The notes under the pieces are model-generated. The model saw only the letters and a list, made by a program, of their open reading frames with translations, was not told the DNA's origin and made no database searches. A stretch of DNA of 64,000 bases, from assembly GCA_021414235.1 (NCBI GenBank), contig JAIOOV010000004.1, forward strand, positions 36,250 to 100,249, given 5' to 3'. This DNA comes from Candidatus Parcubacteria bacterium. GTDB lineage: Bacteria > Patescibacteriota > Minisyncoccia > Phycocordibacterales > JAKFXT01. Positions within the stretch are counted from its first letter, which is position 1. Every line of letters begins with the position of its first letter. Made by a program: the position numbers and the translations under genes. This document shows, one piece after another, positions 34,168 through 43,600 of this stretch.

Positions 34168-36544
34168 GAAATCTGATAAGGAGAGCCAGCCTTCGAAACG
34201 CCTCGTGCTTCTTGATGTGCACGCGATACTTCATCGCGCCTATCACGCGCTTCCTGATTTCTCTTCTGCCAAGGGGGAGCCGACCGGCGGCCTCTACGGG
34301 CTCTCCTCGATGCTCATCCGTATCATCGGCGACCTCAAGCCTGACTACCTTGCCGCCTGCTACGACCTTCCGGGACCTACGTATCGTCACGAAGCGTATG
34401 AGGGCTACAAGGCGCAGCGTAAGAAGACGGACGACGCGCTTGTGGCACAGATCATCCGTTCACGCGATGTCTTCATCGCCTTCGGCATACCTATCTACGA
34501 AGCCCCAGGGTTTGAGGCGGACGACCTCCTCGGCACCATCGCGGAGCGTATGCGCGGGGAGAATGTAGAAGTCATCGTGGCTTCCGGCGACATGGATACG
34601 CTACAGCTCGCGGAGGAAGGTCGGGTGAAGATCTATACGCTCAAGAAGGGAATCAACGACACCATCCTCTATGACGAGGAGGCGGTGCGCACCCGCTTCG
34701 GCTTCTCCCCGGAACAGTTACCTGACTACAAGGGTCTGCGTGGGGATCCCTCGGACAACATCGTGGGCGTACGCGGCATCGGAGAGAAGACGGGGAGCAT
34801 GCTCATTCAGGCCTTCGGTACGATTGAGAATCTCTATAAGGCGCTCAAGAAGGACGATGCGAAACTGAAAGAGCTCAAGCTCACTCCGCGTATCCTGGAG
34901 ATATTGAAGGCAGCAGAAGAAGAAGCACTCTTCTCCAAGATGCTTGCGACGATTCATAGGGACGCGCCGATTACGTTCGCTCTTCCAGAGAAGCCATGGG
35001 CGGAAGGAGTGGATATGAAGAAGATAGAGGAACTCTTCGCGGAGCTTGAGTTCCGCACGCTGCTTGCTCGTGCCAAGGCGGCGGTGAAGGGTGAGGCAGT
35101 AGAGGTTGCGCCAAAGCAGGCTTCTCTGGGGGAGGCTTTGGAGAGCGTACCGGCACTCGAGGTGCGGGAAGCGGGCGTGATGCTCTCTCTTCTTGATTCC
35201 TCGCTCCCGGAGCCGACGCTCCAAGAGATCTTACAGCACACGCGTACTAATTTTTTTGAAAAAGCCAAAGAGGTGCTTCTTGCGGATCTTAAGAAGAAGG
35301 ATCTGCTCAAGGTCTTTGAAGATATCGAGAAGCCGCTTTTGCCCGTGATCATCAAGATGGAGGAGCGAGGCATCGCTGTCGACACCGACTATCTGAAGGA
35401 CCTTTCCCTCGAATATCACACAGAACTCTCTAAGCTCGAGAAAGAAGTGACGGCGCTCGCAGGGGAATCCTTCAACCTCAATTCTCCTGCGCAGCTCTCC
35501 ACCATCCTCTTCGACAAACTGGGGCTTTCCATTAAGAACCACAAGAAGACGGAGGGTGGCGCCAAATCCACCCGTGAGTCCGAGCTCGAGAAGCTGCGCG
35601 AGGCGCATCCCATCGTTGGCTCCCTCCTCTCATATCGCGAGCTCCAGAAGCTCCTCTCTACGTATATAGACACCATTCCCACCTTGATCGCGGGGGATGG
35701 CAGGCTGCATGCTCACTTCCTGCAGATCGGAGCTTCTACTGGACGCATGTCCTCTCAGGGTCCCAACCTTCAGAACATCCCCATCAAAACCGAACTCGGC
35801 CGCCGTATCCGTAATGCGTTCGTGGCAGCCAAGGGCTTCGCCCTCGTCTCCTTCGACTACTCTCAGATCGAACTGCGCGTAGCCGCCTTCCTCTCGGGGG
35901 ATGAGAAGCTGCTTCAGATTTTTCGCGACGGACGGGACATCCATACGGAAGTGGCTGCGCAGGTATTCAAGGTGCCGCGCGAGAAGGTGGATAAGGAGAT
36001 GCGCCGTAAAGCTAAGGTCATCAATTTCGGCATACTCTATGGTATGGGCGTGAACGCGCTGCGGCAGAACCTAGGCGGCTCCGCAGAAGAAGCCCGGAAT
36101 TTTTATAAAGAATACTTCGAGACCTTCACTGGGCTCGCGGACTATCTGGAGAAGGTGAAAGCTGCTGCTGCACGCAAGGGATATACGGAAACCTATTTCG
36201 GACGGAAGCGCTACTTCGAAGGGCTCTCTTCCTCCATTCCATACATCAAGGCAGCCGCAGAGCGCATGGCTATCAACGCGCCGATCCAGGGTACCCAGGC
36301 GGATATCATCAAGATCGCCATGGCGCGTATCGACAATCTCATCAAGGAGAAGTACGAGGGCAAAGCATATCTTCTTCTCCAGGTGCACGACGAGCTCCTG
36401 TATGAGATAGCGGAGAAGGATTCAGGAAAGATAATCGAGGAGATCAAAGCCATCATGGAGGAAGTGCTCACTCCGGAGAAGATCGGCGGCATCACTCTAG
36501 TTGCGAACGCAGAGAAGGGTAAGAACTGGGGCGAACTTCACTAG
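34145..36544 (+). CDS. polA: DNA polymerase I (5'-3' exonuclease plus polymerase domains, 800 aa)
   Basis: N-terminal LLDVHAILHRAYHA (5'-3' exo). C-terminal family-A motifs RRKAKVINFGILYG and LLLQVHDELLYE. Start taken at MTKKVKV, 34145. Confidence 0.9.
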   Translation: MTKKVKVKKSDKESQPSKRLVLLDVHAILHRAYHALPDFSSAKGEPTGGLYGLSSMLIRIIGDLKPDYLAACYDLPGPTYRHEAYEGYKAQRKKTDDALVAQIIRSRDVFIAFGIPIYEAPGFEADDLLGTIAERMRGENVEVIVASGDMDTLQLAEEGRVKIYTLKKGINDTILYDEEAVRTRFGFSPEQLPDYKGLRGDPSDNIVGVRGIGEKTGSMLIQAFGTIENLYKALKKDDAKLKELKLTPRILEILKAAEEEALFSKMLATIHRDAPITFALPEKPWAEGVDMKKIEELFAELEFRTLLARAKAAVKGEAVEVAPKQASLGEALESVPALEVREAGVMLSLLDSSLPEPTLQEILQHTRTNFFEKAKEVLLADLKKKDLLKVFEDIEKPLLPVIIKMEERGIAVDTDYLKDLSLEYHTELSKLEKEVTALAGESFNLNSPAQLSTILFDKLGLSIKNHKKTEGGAKSTRESELEKLREAHPIVGSLLSYRELQKLLSTYIDTIPTLIAGDGRLHAHFLQIGASTGRMSSQGPNLQNIPIKTELGRRIRNAFVAAKGFALVSFDYSQIELRVAAFLSGDEKLLQIFRDGRDIHTEVAAQVFKVPREKVDKEMRRKAKVINFGILYGMGVNALRQNLGGSAEEARNFYKEYFETFTGLADYLEKVKAAAARKGYTETYFGRKRYFEGLSSSIPYIKAAAERMAINAPIQGTQADIIKIAMARIDNLIKEKYEGKAYLLLQVHDELLYEIAEKDSGKIIEEIKAIMEEVLTPEKIGGITLVANAEKGKNWGELH

Positions 36545-36545
36545 T

Positions 36546-37238
36546 ATGCTGATCGTACTCACCGGAGAGAATCGTCTTGGGCTCCTCACTGAGCTCGAGC
36601 GCGACATGAAGCAGCGCTCCCTTACGGAAGCAGATCGCTTCTCGGAAGATACGTTCTCGTCGGAGGTGGTGCTTGCCACTTTGGAGCAGCAAGATCTCTT
36701 CGGAGGAGGGGAGAAGGCTATCGTACTCGATCAACTCGGGAGCTTTGCAGAAGGAAAGCGGTTCCTGGAAGAAGAGGCGGAGCGCCTCTCGAGTTCTGCG
36801 AAGGCGGTCTACGCGCTCGAGTCTTCTGTGCCTGCAGCGCTCGGGAAGGTGCTTACTAAAGCAGGCGGAGAAGTCCGAACGGTGGGTATTGCCACGAAGG
36901 GGAGGAATTCTCCGCCGATCTTTGCGCTCTCTGATGCTTTGGCAGCCCGGGACAAGAAGGCTTTGTGGATCCTGTATCAGGATCTCTCTAAGTCTGCAGA
37001 GCCAGAAGAGATCGCTGGCATCTTCGTCTGGCAGCTCAAAACCATGTGGCTCGTCGCTCTCGGAGAGACGGCGGGACTTAATCCGTATGTGGTCACTAAG
37101 GCGCGCACGGCCCTCCGAAATTTCAAGAACGAGGAGATACCCAAGCTTCTTTTCAAGATGATCGGAGATTACCATCGCGGACACCGTGGGGAGGGGAGTC
37201 TCTCGCTCTCTCTAGAGCAGACGATTCTTGCTCTCTGA
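36546..37238 (+). CDS. DNA polymerase III delta subunit-like protein (short)
   Basis: MLIVLTGENRLGL... N-terminus and a C-terminal helical domain reminiscent of HolA. Overlaps the polA stop. Weak call. Confidence 0.4.
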   Translation: MLIVLTGENRLGLLTELERDMKQRSLTEADRFSEDTFSSEVVLATLEQQDLFGGGEKAIVLDQLGSFAEGKRFLEEEAERLSSSAKAVYALESSVPAALGKVLTKAGGEVRTVGIATKGRNSPPIFALSDALAARDKKALWILYQDLSKSAEPEEIAGIFVWQLKTMWLVALGETAGLNPYVVTKARTALRNFKNEEIPKLLFKMIGDYHRGHRGEGSLSLSLEQTILAL

Positions 37239-37289
37239 CCAGCAGAGCTTTCCAGAAAGCCGTTTTTGTCGTAGCTTTAAGCGTGTTTC

Positions 37290-37362
37290 CCGCCCATAGC
37301 TCAGTCGGTAGAGCAGCTGCCTTTTAAGCAGTTGGTCGTTGGTTCGAATCCAACTGGGCGGA
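37290..37362 (+). tRNA. tRNA-Lys (anticodon TTT)
   Basis: Cloverleaf: acceptor CCGCCCA/TGGGCGG; D-arm GCTCAGTCGGTAGAGC; anticodon loop CTTTTAA; T-loop GGTTCGAATCC. Confidence 0.85.
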
Positions 37363-37366
37363 CAGA

Positions 37367-37930
37367 TTATCTTGCGCTTAGCGGCACTTTCCTCCAGTCG
37401 TCCTCTACTGCTTTATATTTCTCCTTACTAAAGGAAAGAATAGGGTAAGCACGTACTTGAATGTCAGTTTCTGACTCGTGGATTAGAGCGCCTAATGTGT
37501 CAAAAACCAGAGGAAAGTCCTTCTTGTTCCCTGTGATTAATAAGGAGTTAGAGTGCTGTATCACCCTTCCTGCTAAATGGAGGTCTACCGTGCTAGCTCC
37601 CTTGAAACCTTTGTGCGCGTATAGGTAAGAAAGGGTAAGTGCGTTTTCTCGAATCTTTTTGAAAATATCAGGGTGTTCAAGTGCGGGTATGAGAACTGGA
37701 TAGCTCAAAAACTCCTCCAGTATTCTTCGTCGCTCAGGAAGTTGGGCGTCTCTTAAAAGTTCAAATCTGACAAGAGGATCTATTAGTAGAAATCCATTCT
37801 GGGAAATTTCAAGAAAATCTTGCAGAGCCTCATCGTCGTTGATAAGCGTGGATAGGAAATCCGTATCTAAGAATATGTTTTTCCCCGAAAGGGCTTCTCG
37901 TAGTCCTTCTGATACGTAGAAACCCTTCAT
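37367..37930 (-). CDS. Hypothetical PIN-like protein (putative toxin) in a low-GC islet next to tRNA-Lys
   Basis: 187 aa with NIFLDTDFLSTLIND... at the N-terminus (PIN-like acidic start). GC is markedly lower than the surroundings. Confidence 0.35.
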   Translation of the reverse strand: MKGFYVSEGLREALSGKNIFLDTDFLSTLINDDEALQDFLEISQNGFLLIDPLVRFELLRDAQLPERRRILEEFLSYPVLIPALEHPDIFKKIRENALTLSYLYAHKGFKGASTVDLHLAGRVIQHSNSLLITGNKKDFPLVFDTLGALIHESETDIQVRAYPILSFSKEKYKAVEDDWRKVPLSAR

Positions 37931-38152
37931 TTACTTTTTCTCCTCAGTTTCCTTTTTTAATTCACGATACTTCCTCACCAGCTCGCGAATTTTTTCTAAA
38001 TCCTTCTTACTCAGCGTTGTTGGTTTTTCGGGAATAGGGGCAGAGGGTTCAGGTGTATTCCCAATAAAAATAGGTAAGGCTTCTCGATGAAAGCGCTTAG
38101 TAGAGGCTGTTTTCATGTTTACAATTCTATCATTCTTGTTCTTACACATCAT
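37931..38152 (-). CDS. Small K/E-rich protein upstream of and abutting the PIN-like gene (antitoxin-like)
   Basis: 61-73 aa, KKDLEKIRELVRKYRELKKETEEKK. Its stop is adjacent to the start of the downstream ORF. Low GC. Confidence 0.3.
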   Translation of the reverse strand: MMCKNKNDRIVNMKTASTKRFHREALPIFIGNTPEPSAPIPEKPTTLSKKDLEKIRELVRKYRELKKETEEKK

Positions 38153-38209
38153 CCTCTTAGACGAAGAGGGAGCTATTTTCTGATATTGCCAAAAGCCTGT
38201 GGCTAGGTT

Positions 38210-38608
38210 TTAGAGCGGCAGATCGAAAGCAAAGAACCCAGGGCCGGTGAGAGCAAGCGAGAGGGAGATGAGAGCGACTAAGATGTACACAGTCATGCTT
38301 GCGGAACCAAAAGGTTCTTTACGGGAGAGGAAGGCGGATTTTGCAGCAAGCGCTGCGCCGATAAGCGCTACCACCTGAGTGTAGAGGCCGGCGATGAGGA
38401 GGGAACCCACGATTATTTCCATGATGCCGAGGACAGCCACAGTTTCTTTTCCAGGGAGGTTCCATTCCTCAAGACGAGCGCGGAGAGCGTGACGGCTTGA
38501 GTTAAAACAGCCTGCACCCCATAGGAGGAAGAGTGTGCCCGCAGCAAGACGGAGGAGGAGCGGAGCGGCGAGCGTATATACCAAAAGCTCAGGAAATATG
38601 CTTAACAT
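38210..38608 (-). CDS. DoxX-family membrane protein
   Basis: 132 aa, 4 TM, LLLRLAAGTLFLLWGAGCF... pattern. Confidence 0.7.
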   Translation of the reverse strand: MLSIFPELLVYTLAAPLLLRLAAGTLFLLWGAGCFNSSRHALRARLEEWNLPGKETVAVLGIMEIIVGSLLIAGLYTQVVALIGAALAAKSAFLSRKEPFGSASMTVYILVALISLSLALTGPGFFAFDLPL

Positions 38609-38624
38609 GGGGTTATCCTAGCAT

Positions 38625-39104
38625 ATGAAGAAGTCTCCGATAACAGAAGCGGTAGTGGTACTCGAGGATATCCGGAGTGCGGAGAATGTCGGCTCTATCT
38701 TCCGTACGGCGGATGCCTGCGGCGTCTCCCGCATCTATCTCACCGGCTACACTCCACTGCCCGTAGACCGTTTCGGCCGTGCTTCCAGGGTGGGGAAGAG
38801 CGCTTTAGGGGCAGAGCACTCCGTCTCTTGGGAGAAGGCAGATATCCTGCCGCTCTTAAAGAAGCTGAAGAAGGGAGGATTTTCTATCATTGCCGTGGAG
38901 CAGTCTCCTGACTCGGTCGACTACAAGAAAATCCCCAAGAAAGAGAAACTCGCTTTCGTCTTTGGTAACGAGGTGTCGGGTGTTTCTCCTGCAACGCTGA
39001 AAAAAGCAGACGTAATCGCGGAGATCGCCATGCTCGGAGAGAAAGAATCTCTCAATGTGTCAGTGGCGGCGGGGATGGTGCTCTCGCGTACGCTCGATAT
39101 CTAG
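38625..39104 (+). CDS. SpoU/TrmH-family RNA 2'-O-methyltransferase (small form)
   Basis: VVVLEDIRSAENVGSIFRTADACGV...IAVEQSP...AFVFGNEVSGVS...ESLNVSVAAGMVL SPOUT motifs. Confidence 0.8.
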   Translation: MKKSPITEAVVVLEDIRSAENVGSIFRTADACGVSRIYLTGYTPLPVDRFGRASRVGKSALGAEHSVSWEKADILPLLKKLKKGGFSIIAVEQSPDSVDYKKIPKKEKLAFVFGNEVSGVSPATLKKADVIAEIAMLGEKESLNVSVAAGMVLSRTLDI

Positions 39105-39982
39105 TAGGTGACACTCGTCACGAGCCTGCCTTCTGCGTCCAGGATACGGATAGTCTCGCGGCGGCTCTTCCAGAGACTCTCGCCTGAGTTGAGATAGATT
39201 CTCCACTCGTTTTTGTAGAACCCTGATTTGTCCTTGCTCCCGAGGAGACAGGAGTTGTAGTTGTAGTTATTCGCAACAAAGGACTGACACTCCTGGCTGA
39301 GATTCTGGGGTATGGTCGCGGTGGGGAGGAAGCAGGAGGGGAGAGATTCTAGATAATCGAGACAACGGTCTTCGAGTTGGTTCGGCCGTTGGGGAAGCTT
39401 GTAAGTTTCCGGACGGATGCATTGCGTATCAAGAGAGGGGGTGAAGGCTTGAAGGCGGGTGAAGTAACCCATGCAGGAATTTACTCGGAAGGAATAGCCG
39501 GTGGGGGAGCGTCCGGAGACGAGGTAGAGGCGGTCGCCTCCGCGTGCGTAGATGGTCTGCTCTACATTGATGCTGCCTGCCGCGGGAAGAATTACTCCGT
39601 TAGGAATGGGGCGTCCTTTGCCAGTGCTGTCGCTCTCTATCTTCCAGCCGCTCACTGGAACAAGATCCGAGGAGGAGCCGCCGATGGATACCACTAAGTA
39701 TTCGGCGTTGGGATTTGAATTGGGGTAGTAGGAATCTATTGTGACGCGGCTTCGATATGGGGAGAGGATTTCTCCTGGTCTCAGAAGTTTCTTGACCTTC
39801 TCTGTTTCTGTTCCGGAACCACTGGAGCTGCTAGAGGAAGAGCCATTGGAAGAAATGGCGTTCCACTGCATACCGATACTTCCTGTCTGTGCGTAGTTGA
39901 TTGCCGCCATCAGGAAAATCACCACGAAGAATATGGTGAAGCCTCCAATACCTCCGCCGTCGCCCTCTTCTTTGTCAGCCAT
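39101..39982 (-). CDS. Membrane-anchored secreted hypothetical protein
   Basis: N-terminal TM, then a Ser-rich linker, then a Cys-containing extracellular domain. Confidence 0.5.
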   Translation of the reverse strand: MADKEEGDGGGIGGFTIFFVVIFLMAAINYAQTGSIGMQWNAISSNGSSSSSSSGSGTETEKVKKLLRPGEILSPYRSRVTIDSYYPNSNPNAEYLVVSIGGSSSDLVPVSGWKIESDSTGKGRPIPNGVILPAAGSINVEQTIYARGGDRLYLVSGRSPTGYSFRVNSCMGYFTRLQAFTPSLDTQCIRPETYKLPQRPNQLEDRCLDYLESLPSCFLPTATIPQNLSQECQSFVANNYNYNSCLLGSKDKSGFYKNEWRIYLNSGESLWKSRRETIRILDAEGRLVTSVTY

Positions 39983-40023
39983 TGTGATTTAAGTATACCG
40001 CGACCTTCTCTTCCAAAACGTGC

Positions 40024-41307
40024 TTATTGTGTGAATCCGAGTTTCTCGAGCTCTTCGCGAGCGACACGCGCATCGCTCCAGGGAATCTTTGAGCCTCGTG
40101 GTCCCATGATGTAGGGATCGGTACCCTTACCGGTGATAAGTACTGCGCTCGGTCGCCCTGACTCCACGGCGCGCGAGAGGGCTCGGCGAATCGCTTCGCG
40201 GCGATCCATTACTGTCTCTACCTTGTCTGCGGGGAGGGTAATACCTCCTCGTACCTCGGTGATTATCTGCTCTGGATCTTCGTCGTAAGGATCTTCGTCG
40301 GTGAGGACGATGTGTGCACAGTGTTCACTTGCGATACCTCCCATGAGCGGGCGTTTCCATTTGTCGCGGCCACCGCCGGTGCCGGAGAGGACACAAATAC
40401 GTTCCTTACCCTCGTAGGCTTTATAGATACTTTCGAGAGAGCGAGGGGTGTGAGCGTAGTCCACAATGACGTCGAATGGCTGCCCGGCGTCCACTCGCTC
40501 GGCGCGACCAGGGATACGCTCGATTGATTCCAGCCCTTCTTTTATCTGCGCTACTGGGATACCGAGTGCGTGACCTAGGGTGGCTGCGGCAAGCGCGTTA
40601 TATATATTGAATACGCCTGGTAGCTTTAAATTGATTTCGGCGCCCTGGAAGGTGAAAGCGACTCCTTTGCCTTCGGCACGATGCGGTTCCGCATCCTTGA
40701 TTCCATAGAGAAACTCTTCACGGATGCCGAGCTTTCGGAATCCTTCGGCTTCCTTGTCGTCTGAGTTGGCAATGAGGATGCCGCGCTTTTTACCGTTTCG
40801 TGCTACTCGCCTGCCTATCTCGTGTTTGGCGGCAACATACTTTTCGTAGGAGCCGTGGGATTCAATATGCTCCGGCTCGATATTGGTGAATACCAGAATG
40901 TCCGGATAAATGAAGCGATGGCGATATTGCACCACTCCCTCTGAGCTCATCTCCAGTACCACATGAGTAGCGCCCGCGTTCAGGGCATCGCGCAGGAAGC
41001 GCTGCAGGAAGAAGCGTCCCGGCATGGTCATCTTGTATGTGTTCTCCTTGGAGTCCGCACCTATCTTGAAGCGGAGTGTTCCTGCAAGTGCGGTGACGAA
41101 TCCAGCTTTTTCCAAAACTGCATTTACCATCTCTGCGGTCGTGGTTTTTCCTTTGGAGCCGGTGACGCCGATGACGATGGGCTTCCGGGAAGGGAAGCCG
41201 TAGCGGAGAGCGCCGAGGAGTGCGAGGGAATAGTGGTAGGCGGGTCGGAGCCCTTTGAAGAGTGGGGCGGGGATAATGCGTTTGATGGTTCGAAGGAGCG
41301 ATTCCAT
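40024..41307 (-). CDS. Mur ligase family protein (MurE-like)
   Basis: VIGVTGSKGKTTTAEMV (Mur ligase P-loop); central and C-terminal Mur ligase domains (...DYAHTP...). Start taken at MESLLRTIKR to avoid overlap with ruvA. Confidence 0.8.
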   Translation of the reverse strand: MESLLRTIKRIIPAPLFKGLRPAYHYSLALLGALRYGFPSRKPIVIGVTGSKGKTTTAEMVNAVLEKAGFVTALAGTLRFKIGADSKENTYKMTMPGRFFLQRFLRDALNAGATHVVLEMSSEGVVQYRHRFIYPDILVFTNIEPEHIESHGSYEKYVAAKHEIGRRVARNGKKRGILIANSDDKEAEGFRKLGIREEFLYGIKDAEPHRAEGKGVAFTFQGAEINLKLPGVFNIYNALAAATLGHALGIPVAQIKEGLESIERIPGRAERVDAGQPFDVIVDYAHTPRSLESIYKAYEGKERICVLSGTGGGRDKWKRPLMGGIASEHCAHIVLTDEDPYDEDPEQIITEVRGGITLPADKVETVMDRREAIRRALSRAVESGRPSAVLITGKGTDPYIMGPRGSKIPWSDARVAREELEKLGFTQ

Positions 41308-41311
41308 ATAT

Positions 41312-41878
41312 TTATGAGCTGAGAGCTTTGAGCGCTTCGCGGATACGCTCTTTGGTGGTGGCACCAGGTGCGCTCTTCTTGAGCGCGTCACGAATCTCAC
41401 GCTCGCCGTAGCCGAGAGAGCGTAGGGCATCAAGCGCATCTGTTTCCTCGCGGAGACCGGTGCTCTCTTCAATCACTCCCATCTTCTCGCGGAGCTCGAG
41501 GACTATCTTCTCAGCAGTCTTTCTTCCGATGCCGGAGATCTTGGTGAGGTAGCCCGTGTCCCCGGAGGCTATTGCCGAGGAGAGTCGTTCGACTGAAGTA
41601 GAGGAGAGAATGCCGAGAGCTGATTTTGGACCAATGCCTGAGACACTGATGAGCTGCTCGAAGAAGCGTAGTTCCTCCTTGGAGAAGAAGCCGAAGAGAT
41701 CGAGTGCGTCCTCACGTACGGCCAAGTAGGTGAAGAGGGCTACTTCCTCAGCCCCCTCCTTCTTGATCTTGGAAAGCGTGTCCTGTGCAGCAAATATGCG
41801 GTAGCCCACGCCGCCCACCTCAAGCAGGAGGCTCTTTTCTTCGAGAGAGAGGACTGAGCCTCTGAGGTAGCCGATCAT
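41312..41878 (-). CDS. ruvA: Holliday junction DNA helicase RuvA
   Basis: MIGYLRGSV...GYRIF...; HhH motifs (LISVSGIGPKSA; ISGIGRKTAEKIVLEL). Confidence 0.9.
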   Translation of the reverse strand: MIGYLRGSVLSLEEKSLLLEVGGVGYRIFAAQDTLSKIKKEGAEEVALFTYLAVREDALDLFGFFSKEELRFFEQLISVSGIGPKSALGILSSTSVERLSSAIASGDTGYLTKISGIGRKTAEKIVLELREKMGVIEESTGLREETDALDALRSLGYGEREIRDALKKSAPGATTKERIREALKALSS

Positions 41879-41960
41879 GGGGCTATCATAGCGCTATTTC
41901 CGGTCTCCCACCACGAAAGACTTGCCTTTTATGGGTTTTCTCTGTACAGTGCCGCTACCT

Positions 41961-42224
41961 ATGCCGATCACATCATCTGCCAAGAAAGCCCTCCGCGCCT
42001 CTAAGCGTAAGCGTGTGTACAACACCTTCCGCAAGGACGCCATGAAGGATGGTCTTAAGGAAATAAAGAAGCTCGTTGTTTCTGGGAAGAAAGCCGATGT
42101 TGAGAAGATGCTTGCAAACGTCGCTCAGGCCATCGACAAGGCAGCCAAGAACGGAGTCATCAAGAAGAATACGGCGAGTCGTAAGAAGTCCAGGCTTGCG
42201 AAGATGATTAAGAAGATCAAGTAA
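41961..42224 (+). CDS. rpsT: 30S ribosomal protein S20
   Basis: MPITSSAKKALRASKRKRVYN... basic, 87 aa. Confidence 0.9.
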   Translation: MPITSSAKKALRASKRKRVYNTFRKDAMKDGLKEIKKLVVSGKKADVEKMLANVAQAIDKAAKNGVIKKNTASRKKSRLAKMIKKIK

Positions 42225-42225
42225 C

Positions 42226-42262
42226 AAAAGAAAAACTCCGCTCAGGCGGAGTTTTTCTTTTG
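42226..42262. terminator. Intrinsic terminator after rpsT
   Basis: aaaagAAAAACTCCGC-tcag-GCGGAGTTTTTcttttg. Confidence 0.65.
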
Positions 42263-42370
42263 TGCCCCTGTTCGGTCTCGAACGGCGTGTGACAAGACCC
42301 CGCAAGACTTCTTTAGGGAATTTCCCTATAACAGAGCAAGGCCGCTCGGTCGGGGCTCAAATTCTGTATA

Positions 42371-43327
42371 ATGAAAGGTATGCGTGAAGGACCTCCAAAA
42401 TTTATACCGAAGGTTGAACAACAAGAAACTATTGATTCTCCAGAAAAACAGCTTGAATCAGCGCGAGTTTTTGGAGAACACTACTCGGAGGTTATTGATG
42501 CAGCATTGGGCAAAAGGGATATGAAATCATTCGAGCAGGAAAAACTTGACCCTCAATTACAACTGCTCGTGCAGCACGCTCAGATTTTTAAAGCCGAGCA
42601 GCAACAGCGTCAAACAGAGGCGCAACTGGATGCACAAGGTATGCTTTCCCAAGTATTTAAAACAGAAGAGCAACAGAAATTACTCCAGGACACAAGCAAG
42701 TATCGAATGGAGGAGTTGTCACCAGGTGTCTATGGTATTTTTGTCAATCCACAACTCGCTTCTAAACTCCGTCCTGGAGCAGCAGCAATGGCGGTGAGCC
42801 TTAAAAATGGAATCTCTTTTTTGTTTATTCAAGATCACACTGAGACTGAATTCCGCCAACAATACTTAGAGGAGAACTTGCCCCACGAAACTCACCACCT
42901 GGTGTGGGGAGCGGCGCAGAGATTAGATGCATTCCCAAACAAAGAAACCGACCCTGATTATAAGCAAAGCTTCACTCTGTTCCAAGATGAACTTCTTGCT
43001 CGCGCCAGTACAAGTGGAGCATTAGGGGGCTATACGCATATCAATAGTTTGAGTCCCGATGCTCGCGCAGAATTAGAGAGCCGAAGTCCAGGTAAGGCGC
43101 AGGCGATTATAGAACGAGTATCCTCATTGAATGAGTTTCTTATGGAATTGAACGGCTTACTAGCAAGAAGTGAAAAAGTTTCCAAAAAGGACCTTGTTCA
43201 AACAATCATGAAAGCAAAAACCTTCGACGAACTAGAGCGCGGACTACATGAGATGAAGGCGCTTGTTGAAAAATTTCCTCTTAAGGAATTGGAGCAAAAC
43301 GATGGTTGGGGCTCTTTTACTACGTAG
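42371..43327 (+). CDS. Hypothetical Q-rich protein in a lower-GC segment
   Basis: 318 aa with no recognisable domain. A TATAAT and AAAGG RBS lie upstream. GC is lower than the core genes. Confidence 0.45.
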   Translation: MKGMREGPPKFIPKVEQQETIDSPEKQLESARVFGEHYSEVIDAALGKRDMKSFEQEKLDPQLQLLVQHAQIFKAEQQQRQTEAQLDAQGMLSQVFKTEEQQKLLQDTSKYRMEELSPGVYGIFVNPQLASKLRPGAAAMAVSLKNGISFLFIQDHTETEFRQQYLEENLPHETHHLVWGAAQRLDAFPNKETDPDYKQSFTLFQDELLARASTSGALGGYTHINSLSPDARAELESRSPGKAQAIIERVSSLNEFLMELNGLLARSEKVSKKDLVQTIMKAKTFDELERGLHEMKALVEKFPLKELEQNDGWGSFTT

Positions 43328-43368
43328 CTAATAAGCAGACCCGCTCGGTCACTCGACTTAGCACTAGC

Positions 43369-43443
43369 TGGTGCCCTCGGCAGGAATCGAACCTGCATCA
43401 CCTCCTTCGGAGGGAGATATCCTATCCATTGAACGACGGGGGC
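43369..43443 (-). tRNA. tRNA-Arg (anticodon CCG), CCA encoded
   Basis: Minus strand GCCCCCGTCGTTCAATGGATAGGATATCTCCCTCCGAAGGAGGTGATGCAGGTTCGATTCCTGCCGAGGGCACCA; anticodon loop CTCCGAA. Confidence 0.8.
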
Positions 43444-43477
43444 AGGTCTCGAGAGTATATTTCGAGGCTCCTCAATG

Positions 43478-43549
43478 TGCTCTCGGCAGGAATCGAACCT
43501 ACATTATCAGCTCCGCAAGCTGATGTCCTATCCATTGAACGACGAGAGC
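43478..43549 (-). tRNA. tRNA-Arg (anticodon GCG; unusual, ACG expected)
   Basis: Minus strand GCTCTCGTCGTTCAATGGATAGGACATCAGCTTGCGGAGCTGATAATGTAGGTTCGATTCCTGCCGAGAGCA; anticodon loop TTGCGGA; perfect 7-bp acceptor stem. Confidence 0.7.
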
Positions 43550-43600
43550 TTCATACGCCTTACTACAAAGCGTTGTGGAGCCTACGCTACCACAGCTCTC

